This document shows, one piece after another, positions 46,236 to 55,730 of a DNA stretch of 64,000 nt. The stretch comes from Planctomyces sp. SH-PL62. Lineage in GTDB: Bacteria > Planctomycetota > Planctomycetia > Planctomycetales > Planctomycetaceae. Positions within the stretch are counted from its first letter, which is position 1, and each line of letters starts with the position of its first letter. A program made the position numbers and the translations under genes. The notes beneath the pieces were generated by a model, which searched no databases, was not told the DNA's origin, and worked only from the letters and a program-made list of their open reading frames with translations. The stretch covers positions 40,717 to 104,716 of the forward strand of contig CAMDEA010000004.1 in assembly GCA_945893045.1 (NCBI GenBank). Direction: 5' to 3'.

Positions 46236-49200
46236 GGCATTCGATCCGGTGCCGCCAACCGTTGGTAGTAGGTCTTCACGGCCTCTTCGTAACCCGGCGG
46301 AACGGATCGCGCGGGGTCATCCAGGACGTTGCCACGGACACGCTGTTCGCGGGGCAGACTCGCCTGGAATCCTGAGTGGGCCTGGTGAAACACCTGCAAC
46401 ACGCCGCGAACTCGTTCGAACGTCTGCTGCTGCAAACGAAAAATCTCCGCCGATGGCCGATCGTTGAGGCTGTGCAGGTTCGCCTGCATCTGGTCAATCA
46501 ATTGGTCGAGGTGTTCGGTCGGCAGATAAAGATTCTTGAGGTCTTTGCGGATCGTCTTCAGTCGCTCGATGATCTGTTCCTGCTTGCCGTTCATGTCGCG
46601 CATCATTTCGGCGACGCTGGCATCGAGTTTCCCGCCCTGACGTTCGACGATCGAATTCTTTGCTTGCGGCTTGTCCATCCGATTGATCATGTCGTCGGTC
46701 CATTCGCCGACATCGCTGAGACTGAACTTGGCGTCATCCGATTCCACCTTCCGTCCACCGATGCCGGTCGAGGTGTCAGATTGCGGATCGTTGCTCTTGG
46801 TTTCTTTGACCGTGTCCTTCTGGTCGGGGACACGATCCTGGCCTTCCTGGACTTTGTCTCGGCCACGGCGATTGATCGATTCATTGCCGACGGCCACGCC
46901 ATGAGCACGCGCCCCTTGCCGACCGATGCGCGACGCTCCGCCGACATTTGTCGTGGGAGGTTTTTGATTGCCGGTCGCTGACGCGGCGGCCGTCGAGTTC
47001 AAATCGCCACCCTGCTTGCCGACGTCGCCCTTCTCGTTGATGTTGAAAGCCGCGTTGAGATTGTAGGTCTCGTAGTTCTCCTTCATCGCGTCTTCTTCTT
47101 CGAGCAGATCGCCGACGAGGTCTTCGAACTTTTCCTGAATGTGCGGCTTGACCTTGTTCCCTTTGCGATCGGATTGGTTCGGGAAGCTTGGTTCGCCACC
47201 GGGAGTTTTCGCCAGGCTGAGATTCTTGAACTCCTGCCGCATCCCTGTGTCTGCTCGCTGCAATCCCGGCACCGCGCTATCGGGAAAGAGATAGTCGTTG
47301 GGCTTCGATTCGTCGTCCCCTTCGCCCTTTTTCTTTTTCTGTTGAGCCACTTCCGCCTGATGAATGATCTCTTCCAGCTTCAACCCGTCGGGTTCATCGA
47401 GCCGATCGTCGGAGTAGCCTTCCTTCAGCTTGCCCAACTCGGCCTGACGGTCGAGCTGGCTCTTGTCGAGTTGGTCTTTCTCCGCCAACAGCTTTCTCGC
47501 CGCTTCCGTCATTGCCTCGCGCAGCTTCGTGTAGATGTCCTCCAGCGCGGCCGCCGCTTGTGTCTGTTGCTGAGCCGCCAGCGACCAGTTTTGCGCTTCG
47601 ATCGCTGATTGAGCCGACTTCTGCATCGCGAGCAACACATCACCGACTAACGCATCGGCGGTTTGAGCAAACGCTTCGCTCAACGGCGACTCGGATTCCG
47701 CAGCTCGTTCGGCCAGCCCGGAAAACGCGGTGGCGGCCAATCCGCACAGTTCGATGAGTTTTTGCTGCCGTCGCGCGGCCGTGACGTGCGTGTTTGGCGA
47801 GCCGGAGGGCGTTAGCCCCCGGACAGTTGAATCGGAATCCGTCCGGGGGCTAACGTCCACCGGCTCGCCTGTTCGATCCGCGAATCGAACCGATTGATCC
47901 CGCAGAATCGCCTGCCGATCAGCGAGCATCCGCAGGAACGGCGTCATGTGGGCCAATTCCCATTCCTTGCGAAAGTGCATGTACTGCTTGTGAATCTCGC
48001 CCAGACTTTGCAGCGTCCGAGCCATTGTGGCTCGCGCGTCGGCAAATGAGGTGCGACGACCGGCCGCGTCATCTCGCGTGGCCACGCTGTCCAATACTCG
48101 AATGGCTCGGATCATTTCCGAATCCGCCAGCATCGCGACTGACAACCGCAAGCTGCCGGCCGGAGGTGCCATCTCGCGAGCGATCCGGCCGGCCGTTTGT
48201 CGCAGTTGATCCTGTGTCTTGGAATGCTCCGCCGCTTCCATGACCAGTGCCTTCACCCGTTCCGGAACATTTCCATCGGCGGCAGGATCGGCATCGAGCT
48301 TGCGAATCAGCACATCGAGCGCCGCATGAAGTTTCTGCTCGACCGCAATCGCGCCCGCGATCTCCGCTTCGGATTTCAGAATCTGCTCGTACAGCAACTG
48401 CAACTGCGAACCATCGCCCGTCATGAGCAACAAGTGCGTGGTTCCTGTCGTCCATGTCTCGGCACGATCCGGCCGCGCATCCGATGCACGAGCGGCCAAC
48501 TCAATTCGATCGCCTTCCGAAACTCCAAAGGTGATCGGCGTGATTTCGACAGGATTCGTTGTCTGCCGAGCGTTGCCTGCCGGCCAAGTTTGAAGCGCGA
48601 TCCAACCGTCATCCTCCATCGGCTCTGCGTTGACGTTGATCTTCACCTTGCGGAAAAACAGCCCGGTGCGTGACAGCCCAATGTCATCCAGCGCATCCAC
48701 CTGCAACGCCATCGCCGAGTCGATCGGCAACTCGCCGTTCGTCGGCAGTCCCGTCAACGTCGGGCGCGGGAGTTCATCGGCCACGGTTCGGATGTTGAAC
48801 CAAGCACTGAGATGCGGAGGTCGATTGGCTCGCTCCGTTTCCAGCGCGTACTCAGTGACGTTCGCAAACGTCAGTTCGCCAGAAAACTCGGTCGCACTGA
48901 GCTTCTTCAATTCGATGTCACCCGAAGCGTGAGCGAGGGAGGATGTTTCCGCATGGTGGTCGGCGGCGACTGGAAGACTCACTCCCTCGCTGACGCTTCG
49001 GGTGACATGGTGATTCGCGTCGTCGGTTGAAGATGCCGAACCTTCCCGCAGCCGCAACCGGACTGCTTCCACCGGTTGATCGAACACGAAATTCAGTTGT
49101 GCTTGGGTTCCTTCGAGCGCCTCCAGATCGCCGCTGGTCTGCACCGACTTGTCGGGCAGTCGCGTGTACTCTGGAAAGTGGTAGTTCACCTCGACCGATT

Positions 49201-50035
49201 GCAGCCGAGCCGGCGTCGGCACCTCGATCCGGTAATACGGACTGGTGAAGTCACCGCCATGCACGGCGTAGGACAGACTCCGCTGAATGTTGCGAAGGGT
49301 GTAAGTCACCGTCTCGCTGTGGACCGAAACCAACTGCGTGCTCCGACGATTCTGTTCGTCGAGAAGAATCGAGATTTCAGCGGGCCGCTCACCGAGAATC
49401 CGCACACGGATCTCGACATCGCCCGACGCTTCGATATTTCCCGGTTCCACCTCCAGCCGTGTCCGATAAACCGGATCGACGGAAGCGAATGGCAGCAGAA
49501 TCCGTTTAGCGGAACTCGCAAACCGCTGAGGCTGCCACATCCAACCAATCGCGGCGATGGCGGTGAATGTTCCCGCCAAAGCCAACCACATCGCGGCCGG
49601 TTGAACTGCGACGGCCGCCGGCAACCGCAGTTGAGAAAGCTGGCGGCAATTCTCCTGAACGAGTGCCGGTGCCAAGGCGTACTGTCCCTGCGCCGACTCA
49701 CGGCTTAACTGCAACGTGTTGATCAGCCGGTTCTGAATCTGACCGGCGAACCGCCGCTCGATCGCCAAGGCAATTTCATCGACAGTCGCATGACGCTCGT
49801 GCCAGCGCTGCGCCAGACTTCGTCCAAACCAAAACAGGACGACCGCGAGACCGCTTGCCGTCGCCAATCGCCCCCATATGGGGAGATGCACGAGGTTGTC
49901 CACCAGCACGGCGAGTAAGAAGTAGCCCCAGACGGCGGACAGAGTCCAACCCAAAGCCCCCAACAGATTCCAGCGCTGCCAGCGCGTGCGTTGCGATTCC
50001 ATCAAATGTCGCAGGCCATCAATGCGATCAATCAT
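46232..50035 (-). CDS. DUF4175-like membrane-anchored Ig and long coiled-coil protein
   Basis: N-terminal TM segments, NRLINTLQL, YHFPEYTRL, DDIGL, Gln-rich coiled coil, C-terminal VPPGYEEAVKTYYQRL; GAGGT RBS. Confidence 0.82.
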   Translation of the reverse strand: MIDRIDGLRHLMESQRTRWQRWNLLGALGWTLSAVWGYFLLAVLVDNLVHLPIWGRLATASGLAVVLFWFGRSLAQRWHERHATVDEIALAIERRFAGQIQNRLINTLQLSRESAQGQYALAPALVQENCRQLSQLRLPAAVAVQPAAMWLALAGTFTAIAAIGWMWQPQRFASSAKRILLPFASVDPVYRTRLEVEPGNIEASGDVEIRVRILGERPAEISILLDEQNRRSTQLVSVHSETVTYTLRNIQRSLSYAVHGGDFTSPYYRIEVPTPARLQSVEVNYHFPEYTRLPDKSVQTSGDLEALEGTQAQLNFVFDQPVEAVRLRLREGSASSTDDANHHVTRSVSEGVSLPVAADHHAETSSLAHASGDIELKKLSATEFSGELTFANVTEYALETERANRPPHLSAWFNIRTVADELPRPTLTGLPTNGELPIDSAMALQVDALDDIGLSRTGLFFRKVKINVNAEPMEDDGWIALQTWPAGNARQTTNPVEITPITFGVSEGDRIELAARASDARPDRAETWTTGTTHLLLMTGDGSQLQLLYEQILKSEAEIAGAIAVEQKLHAALDVLIRKLDADPAADGNVPERVKALVMEAAEHSKTQDQLRQTAGRIAREMAPPAGSLRLSVAMLADSEMIRAIRVLDSVATRDDAAGRRTSFADARATMARTLQSLGEIHKQYMHFRKEWELAHMTPFLRMLADRQAILRDQSVRFADRTGEPVDVSPRTDSDSTVRGLTPSGSPNTHVTAARRQQKLIELCGLAATAFSGLAERAAESESPLSEAFAQTADALVGDVLLAMQKSAQSAIEAQNWSLAAQQQTQAAAALEDIYTKLREAMTEAARKLLAEKDQLDKSQLDRQAELGKLKEGYSDDRLDEPDGLKLEEIIHQAEVAQQKKKKGEGDDESKPNDYLFPDSAVPGLQRADTGMRQEFKNLSLAKTPGGEPSFPNQSDRKGNKVKPHIQEKFEDLVGDLLEEEDAMKENYETYNLNAAFNINEKGDVGKQGGDLNSTAAASATGNQKPPTTNVGGASRIGRQGARAHGVAVGNESINRRGRDKVQEGQDRVPDQKDTVKETKSNDPQSDTSTGIGGRKVESDDAKFSLSDVGEWTDDMINRMDKPQAKNSIVERQGGKLDASVAEMMRDMNGKQEQIIERLKTIRKDLKNLYLPTEHLDQLIDQMQANLHSLNDRPSAEIFRLQQQTFERVRGVLQVFHQAHSGFQASLPREQRVRGNVLDDPARSVPPGYEEAVKTYYQRLAAPDRMP
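47796..47869. repeat. Palindromic doublet (family D) inside the CDS
   Basis: ggcgagccggagggcgttagcccccggac..gtccgggggctaacgtccaccggctcgcc; encodes GEPVDVSPRTDSDSTVRGLTPSGSP. Confidence 0.88.
48917..49006. repeat. REP doublet (family A), 90 bp, in frame inside the CDS
   Basis: gtcacccgaagcgtgagcgaggga..tccctcgctgacgcttcgggtgac; encodes VTRSVSEG..LAHASGD. Confidence 0.9.
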
Positions 50036-50100
50036 GTGACCTCAGCCAACACACAGGCAGCTTTTCGTGGAATGCGGCGTCGCGTAAGTTTCGCTCGGCC

Positions 50101-50130
50101 AGTATATGCCTCGCCGCAAAGCCTGTTCAA
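50101..50130 (-). promoter_or_regulatory. Candidate sigma70 promoter for the MoxR operon
   Basis: TTGAAC-18-TATACT on the minus strand, about 65 nt upstream of ATG 50035. Confidence 0.4.
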
Positions 50131-50261
50131 CAACGTCGCTGAATTCCAACGGCTAAGCAGAACGTCTCCGGAGGTCGTGTCGATTCGATGGAAAGGTGAC
50201 TGGGCTGCCAAAGCAATGGTCGTGCGAGAGCGATTGGCGTGAAAAGCGGAAAGGGAGACCG

Positions 50262-52055
50262 ATGAGCCGAAAGTACCGCAATCATCGCTTTTCATCCTTT
50301 GTGATGCTGACCGCTGTCTGCATCGGTTCCGGCCAAACCATCCTGGCGGAGAGCGGGCCGCCGGAAGTGCAGGCCGGGTCGCCGACATTGCTCGGAATCA
50401 CGGGATTGTCCGTGAACGGGCAGGTTCATGCGCACGGATTACCGACGACGTGGCAGGTCGAATACGGTGCGACGGCGGCGTATGGCAAGAAGTCCGATGC
50501 GAAGCCGATCCCGCCTCGGCTGGCGGCTCATTATCGCGAGTCGTGGAATGCAGGCTGGAACGGTTGGAACAGTTGGTGTCCCAAGCGGCTCCACTTCAAT
50601 GACGGCGGCCAGCAGAAGGGCTACATCAGTTACGAGGGGAGTCCCCGCGATGACCACAATCACGACGACGGTGTCGGCACCGTGCATCTCACGCCCTACA
50701 TGTATCCCGGCAGCCTCAGCTTGAGCAGCGGCGCGCCCAGCGCGTACCTCGGCGGCGGCGATCCCGATTTCCGCGACGCGATCATCAAGCAGTCGGTGCG
50801 CGGGCGTGACTGGAAGCCCAACGGCACCGAACTCATCTGGTGGTCGCAGGCGCAAAGCAACATCGAAGAGAATCCCGACGACATGACGCTCAGTCCGAAT
50901 TACAAACATCCCAACTGGTCTTACACCGGAAAGAACCTCACCGATCTGCTCGGCACCGGCCAGTGGGAGACCGCCGAGTACCGGCTGTTGAACGATACGA
51001 ATGCCTGGAGCTACTGCGGCAACAACAAAGGTGAGAAACGCTACGACGCCTACTGGTCCATCGACGAGACACAACGGCACTTGAACCTCGACTTGTTCCA
51101 CATGGTGATGTTCGTCGATCCCAACCACCGGCCGACCGGCGCGATCGACTTCGATGAGTTTGAAGTGACCTATCGGAATTACTCGCTGGCGTTTCCCAGC
51201 AACGGCGGCCAGTTGATTTCGTCGCCGAGCGGTTCCGCCGATGCTCCGAAGAACCTCACCGACGGCTGGCGAAACGGCGCGGAAAAGATGTGGAAGAGCG
51301 CCGCCCATCCGAGCGGCCCGCTGGAGTTCATCTACGAGTTCGCGAAACCGGTGACGATCGAGAAGGTCCAGTTGCATCAGCATCCAGAGTGGCCGAGCAA
51401 GGAGGTTGAAGTCCTCGTGTCCGAAGAGGGCACGAATTGGAAGCCGCTCGTCCGCGGCGAGATGCTCGACAAACATCCGCACGGAGCGAACTACAACTTC
51501 CTGCTGAAAAAGAAATTGTCTGCGCGGGCCAAACAAGCGAAGGTGCGGATTCTCTCCGGCCACAAGCCCGAACACTGGGGACTCGGCGAGATCGAATTCT
51601 TCGGCACCGGAGCGGTCTCTCTGCCCGATGACGACTGGTTCCATGTGAACGTCGATCTGTTGGATCTCCAGCCCGGCGAAACGATCCATTACCGCTTGAT
51701 CGCTATGAACGCGAAGGGCACGGCCACCGGCGTCGATCAGATGTTCTCGCTGCCGGCGGACACGCGACCGCATGTCATCACCGGCCCCGCGAGCCGCATT
51801 CATGACGGCACGGCGAAAGTCGAAGGCCGGCTCAACCCGCTCGGCAAGAAGACTGAGTTCTTTTTTGAATTCGGCCCGACGAAAGTCTACGGACGCAAAA
51901 CGTCTCCACGCTATGGCGGCCTGCAAATCACGCCGCGACTGGCTTTCGACACACTCACCGATTTGATCCCCGGTGCGACGTACCACTATCGGCTCGTCGC
52001 CGTGAACGAAACCGGAACAACCTACGGCGAGGATGCGACACTGGAATCGAAGTAG
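50262..52055 (+). CDS. Secreted FN3 and F5/8 type C (discoidin/CBM32-like) protein
   Basis: GGGAG RBS; NLTDG..WKS..EFAKPVTIEKVQL..LGEIEFFG; LQPGETIHYRL and LIPGATYHYRL. Confidence 0.82.
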   Translation: MSRKYRNHRFSSFVMLTAVCIGSGQTILAESGPPEVQAGSPTLLGITGLSVNGQVHAHGLPTTWQVEYGATAAYGKKSDAKPIPPRLAAHYRESWNAGWNGWNSWCPKRLHFNDGGQQKGYISYEGSPRDDHNHDDGVGTVHLTPYMYPGSLSLSSGAPSAYLGGGDPDFRDAIIKQSVRGRDWKPNGTELIWWSQAQSNIEENPDDMTLSPNYKHPNWSYTGKNLTDLLGTGQWETAEYRLLNDTNAWSYCGNNKGEKRYDAYWSIDETQRHLNLDLFHMVMFVDPNHRPTGAIDFDEFEVTYRNYSLAFPSNGGQLISSPSGSADAPKNLTDGWRNGAEKMWKSAAHPSGPLEFIYEFAKPVTIEKVQLHQHPEWPSKEVEVLVSEEGTNWKPLVRGEMLDKHPHGANYNFLLKKKLSARAKQAKVRILSGHKPEHWGLGEIEFFGTGAVSLPDDDWFHVNVDLLDLQPGETIHYRLIAMNAKGTATGVDQMFSLPADTRPHVITGPASRIHDGTAKVEGRLNPLGKKTEFFFEFGPTKVYGRKTSPRYGGLQITPRLAFDTLTDLIPGATYHYRLVAVNETGTTYGEDATLESK

Positions 52056-52464
52056 CCGCCGCCGGCATCAATTCCCACAGGCTGCCAGCGCGAAGCCGTC
52101 ACGGAGGAACTGGCTGATCGCGAAGCGGGAGAACAAACCGATCGTGTCGCTGCGACTGTTGGGCAAGCTGACCTACGAATTGAGCTGCGCGAACATGGTC
52201 GCAAACGTGCTGGCTTATGCGCGGTTGGAAAAGGGACGTCCGACCAATCGCACCGAAGAATGATCGCTCGGCGACCTGCTGGATCGCTGCTGGCCGCGCT
52301 GGTGGCAGCGTGTGTCAGAATCGCCATTGCGTTTGGAACTGATCCTCTCCGAACGAGTTCGCGACACGCGGCTCACCAGCCTGACCTGCATGTTCCTAAC
52401 GGCATCCATTGCGCGTCGCGCCAGCCTGGAAAGTACGACAAAACTCCGCACCAACAAATCGGTT

Positions 52465-55400
52465 TCATCGCGGACGTTCGGTGATCGTCACTCGATGCAG
52501 CGGGCCGTTGCGATTCCAAGACACGAGGCCGTGTTGAGAGGAAACGCCGTGGTAGGAGAAGAGATTCTCTTTCGGCAGCGGGCGCGGCGCGAGCAATTCG
52601 AACTTCCAATCGCGCGTGTTGAGCCGCGCCCAACCACCGTAGGCGGCGACGAAGCAGTCATCCCCTGCGACGAACAAACTCCCTTCGACCGAGATGATGT
52701 TGTCGCGTTTGGGTGAGGCGATGAAGAGTTCGCTCTTCCAAGGGGCTTCCGGTTTCAGGAAGTCTGGAGCAAGCGACTCGAACAGGTGGATTGTGTTCTG
52801 AATCAGCCGTCCGTTGGCGGCAACCACGGGTCGCCAAGGATACCCGTCTTCGCGAAAGTTGCCGGGCAAGGCGGAGACCTTCAGCGAGGTGAGGTCGATC
52901 ACCAACGGTTGGATTTCGGTCGCTCGGAAGGGGGCCATGCGGCGGCCGAGGATCGCCACCGGGCGTGGGATCGGTTGCGGTTTTTGAAAGAGCGTCAGCC
53001 ACGTCGCTTCGGCGGCGATGTCGGCGTTTTGGAATTGAGTCAGATCGCCGAGCTGCGCGACCTTCGTGCCCTGCTGAATGATCTTCACATCCCACGAGTC
53101 AGCCGGTTCGAGCGTGACGACCGCAATCCAGAGCCGCTTCAACGGACCATAGTTTGCCGCCACGAGACAGCGACCCTGACCGAACGGCAGGATTCTCAGC
53201 GACGGCGCGGTACGCAATGCCGATCCCGGATAGTTCTGGTCTTGAAACAGCGGGGATGGCTTCGGATCAAACGGCGGCAACTGCGTCGCATCGGCCACGA
53301 GCGTGTCACTCTCCGGTGAGCCCCCCTTCGACGATTGCGCCGGAAAATGCCCCAGCAGTTTGCCGCTGAGGTCGAGCACTCGCAGACCTGACTCGGCGGT
53401 GACGACCCACAGCCAGCGGCCATCGAAAAGCACTTCGTGCAAGAAGTCGCGTGAGTATTTGACGGCGAGTTTTGGCCGCTGAAAGATCGGTTTCAATTCG
53501 CCGCCGACTGGCATCAGCCAAAGTTGGTCGCTGTTCCAAACGGCGTCCAGGCCGTCGCCGCAGCGCGTAATGACCTCGAACGGAGCCTGCGTTCCCTCGA
53601 TCGGCTCGAATCGTACGAGTGGCCGATCGTCCGGCTTGGGCGGTTCGTTGCTGGGCGGCGGCTGACGCTTCTTGGTGGCGATGAACTCTCCGAAGCCCTT
53701 GTCATTCACGGCGTGAATTGTCGTCAGGATCTTGTCGATGTCCGCCACGAGTTCTTCGCTGTCGGGATACTTCTTCCGCCAGGTGGTCAGGAACTTTTGC
53801 AGCGACTCGAATTCGGCGGTGATCTCTTCTTTCGATTTCGATTGCGTGCGAACCGCCTCACCCCACATGCCGCAGCGTCCGTAGAACTCACCCCAGGGAT
53901 GTTTCGATTCGATCAAGCGGTTGTAGTGCGCGATCAACTCTCCGTCGCCCAGTTTGTGAACCGTGACGTAGTTCAGATTGTCGCCGCTGCCAAACCCGAT
54001 CTGAGCCATCCCCATTTTGGAGGGCATGGCTCGCGCGACCAGCGACGGGATCGGCCAGCGCGGATGATGCACTTCCGTCGCCAGACGTTCGATGTCTCGC
54101 AAACCTTGAATCAGCTCCTCGCGTTTCGGAGCGACCAGCGAAGTTCGGCTGATGTTTGTCACCGTGCTGGCTGCCGAGCGGCTCCACAATTTCGACTGGC
54201 CTGCTGGATTCGGTCCCCAGATGACCTGCGTCGCCCCGATGGCTCGCCGCACCTCATCGAGCGGTTCGCCGCGCCGCGGTTTCGCGTCCAGCCGATGCAA
54301 CCGCGGAATGTTGTCCCAGAAGAATTGCTGTTTCAGCGTGTGACGAGTGGCTTTCGAGTCGGGCTTGTGCTGCACAGGAACCGGCAGGATCATCCCGTGT
54401 GACCACAACATGCTCCCCTCGACGAGATTCAGTTCGCGATTCGCGAGCATCCCTTCGATCAATTGCAAACAGCGGCGACTGTGCTCGAACACGGCGGCCT
54501 CGTGAATGGCTCGCAACTTGTGAGACGCCTCCGTCGGCTTGAACCCACCCTGGCCTTCCACCTTCGTCATGACCTTGATCTCGGCTTGCGTATGCTGCCG
54601 CTGCATCACTCGCGATCCGTGAAAGTAGTCCGTCAGCAACCGCAATCGCTCGTTGAACGGATCGTGCAGCAACAGCGCCGATTCACGCAGCGCGATCGCT
54701 TCGGGAAACGCACCCAGCCGAGTGAAATTCTCCGCCCGCTTGAGCAACGCCAATCGTTGTTGATCGCGAGACAGTTTTGTTTTCGTCGCCGCCGATTTCA
54801 GAATCCCGCTCGCCACGTCGCCCGACAGCCAGGTCGCCGCTTCACTGAGCTTGAGCTTGTCTCGCTTCCACGTCCCGGTTTTCCCGCCGCTGGCTTTGAC
54901 GGAGACATCGAGCGTGACCTTCGACGCCTCGACCGCGCGAGCCAACTCCGGGATCACAAACTCCGCCTCGATCAGCGTTGGTACGACGCGGTCCTTGATG
55001 TTGCCGCCCGTGCGTTCGAGTTCAATGCCGATCGCGCGCGCCTCTTCGATTTCCAACACCGCCGTCCCCGGCTGTTCGCTGAGCGCCTGTCCGAGCAGCC
55101 CCGCCAAGCCGAACTGCAAATGATCGAACTCGTGCGTCAGCGACTTCGACAGAAACGGCGACACCGCGATGATCTGCTCGACCCCGCGAGCGAACTTCGT
55201 CCGCGTTCGCTCAATCTCAGCCGCGATGTTCGAGACCACTTGATCCAGCCGATCGGCCGCGAGTTCAAACTGTTCCAATTTCAATCGCGATCCGTAGCGG
55301 CATTCGCAGACAACCAACTTGACCGACTTCTTGCCGTCCTGCTCGGCCAACGACAACAGCACGAGCGCATCCGCTTTCAACCGCTGCCCGACATCCAAGC

Positions 55401-55677
55401 GCTGAGCCGCCCCATCCGCTCCGAAGAGCTTGGTCAGCTCCACCTCGCGAGCGATCGCGTCCCACTGCTCGCGCTCGACCAATTCCAACTTGCGTTTGGA
55501 AAGCTCCGCCACCAGCAAGTCCGACACCCCCGCATCCCGCACCGCCGGAGACGCCAAGACCGCCCAACGCTGAAAGGAAACGGGACTGGCAAGTTTGTCC
55601 GCCGGGGACACAAGTTGCGGGGCCAGGACAGAGACAATGACCGCGGCGAATCGCAGCCTGAAGTACTTGGTGAGCAT
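52465..55677 (-). CDS. Large secreted protein with CsgG/HfaB-like N-terminal domains, helical middle and C-terminal propeller
   Basis: Signal peptide; DLLVAELS..LELVEREQWDAIAREVEL..VGQRLKADALV; paralog of the next gene. Confidence 0.75.
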   Translation of the reverse strand: MLTKYFRLRFAAVIVSVLAPQLVSPADKLASPVSFQRWAVLASPAVRDAGVSDLLVAELSKRKLELVEREQWDAIAREVELTKLFGADGAAQRLDVGQRLKADALVLLSLAEQDGKKSVKLVVCECRYGSRLKLEQFELAADRLDQVVSNIAAEIERTRTKFARGVEQIIAVSPFLSKSLTHEFDHLQFGLAGLLGQALSEQPGTAVLEIEEARAIGIELERTGGNIKDRVVPTLIEAEFVIPELARAVEASKVTLDVSVKASGGKTGTWKRDKLKLSEAATWLSGDVASGILKSAATKTKLSRDQQRLALLKRAENFTRLGAFPEAIALRESALLLHDPFNERLRLLTDYFHGSRVMQRQHTQAEIKVMTKVEGQGGFKPTEASHKLRAIHEAAVFEHSRRCLQLIEGMLANRELNLVEGSMLWSHGMILPVPVQHKPDSKATRHTLKQQFFWDNIPRLHRLDAKPRRGEPLDEVRRAIGATQVIWGPNPAGQSKLWSRSAASTVTNISRTSLVAPKREELIQGLRDIERLATEVHHPRWPIPSLVARAMPSKMGMAQIGFGSGDNLNYVTVHKLGDGELIAHYNRLIESKHPWGEFYGRCGMWGEAVRTQSKSKEEITAEFESLQKFLTTWRKKYPDSEELVADIDKILTTIHAVNDKGFGEFIATKKRQPPPSNEPPKPDDRPLVRFEPIEGTQAPFEVITRCGDGLDAVWNSDQLWLMPVGGELKPIFQRPKLAVKYSRDFLHEVLFDGRWLWVVTAESGLRVLDLSGKLLGHFPAQSSKGGSPESDTLVADATQLPPFDPKPSPLFQDQNYPGSALRTAPSLRILPFGQGRCLVAANYGPLKRLWIAVVTLEPADSWDVKIIQQGTKVAQLGDLTQFQNADIAAEATWLTLFQKPQPIPRPVAILGRRMAPFRATEIQPLVIDLTSLKVSALPGNFREDGYPWRPVVAANGRLIQNTIHLFESLAPDFLKPEAPWKSELFIASPKRDNIISVEGSLFVAGDDCFVAAYGGWARLNTRDWKFELLAPRPLPKENLFSYHGVSSQHGLVSWNRNGPLHRVTITERPR

Positions 55678-55730
55678 GACGCGGGATTCTCAGTCTATGA
55701 GGGAACGGATCGCGAACGATCGCGGACAAA

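Noticed and set aside
11600..50261. Longest-ORF starts at 11600, 16590, 25886, 33583, 36845, 37971, 41426, 44176 and 50196
   Set aside because: Downstream starts have an RBS, a stop-start overlap or a signal peptide; the extensions run through repeats or neighbouring genes.
4217..51986. Long antisense ORFs (4217-7162, 8121-9599, 24343-25911, 26066-28513, 39954-41444, 41375-42793, 44715-46166, 50439-51986)
   Set aside because: Expected shadows of GC-rich codon usage opposite motif-bearing genes; no independent signals.
52033..52327. Short ORFs 52033-52263 (+) and 52022-52327 (-)
   Set aside because: No recognisable family and both overlap the end of the upstream gene; treated only as a possible remnant.
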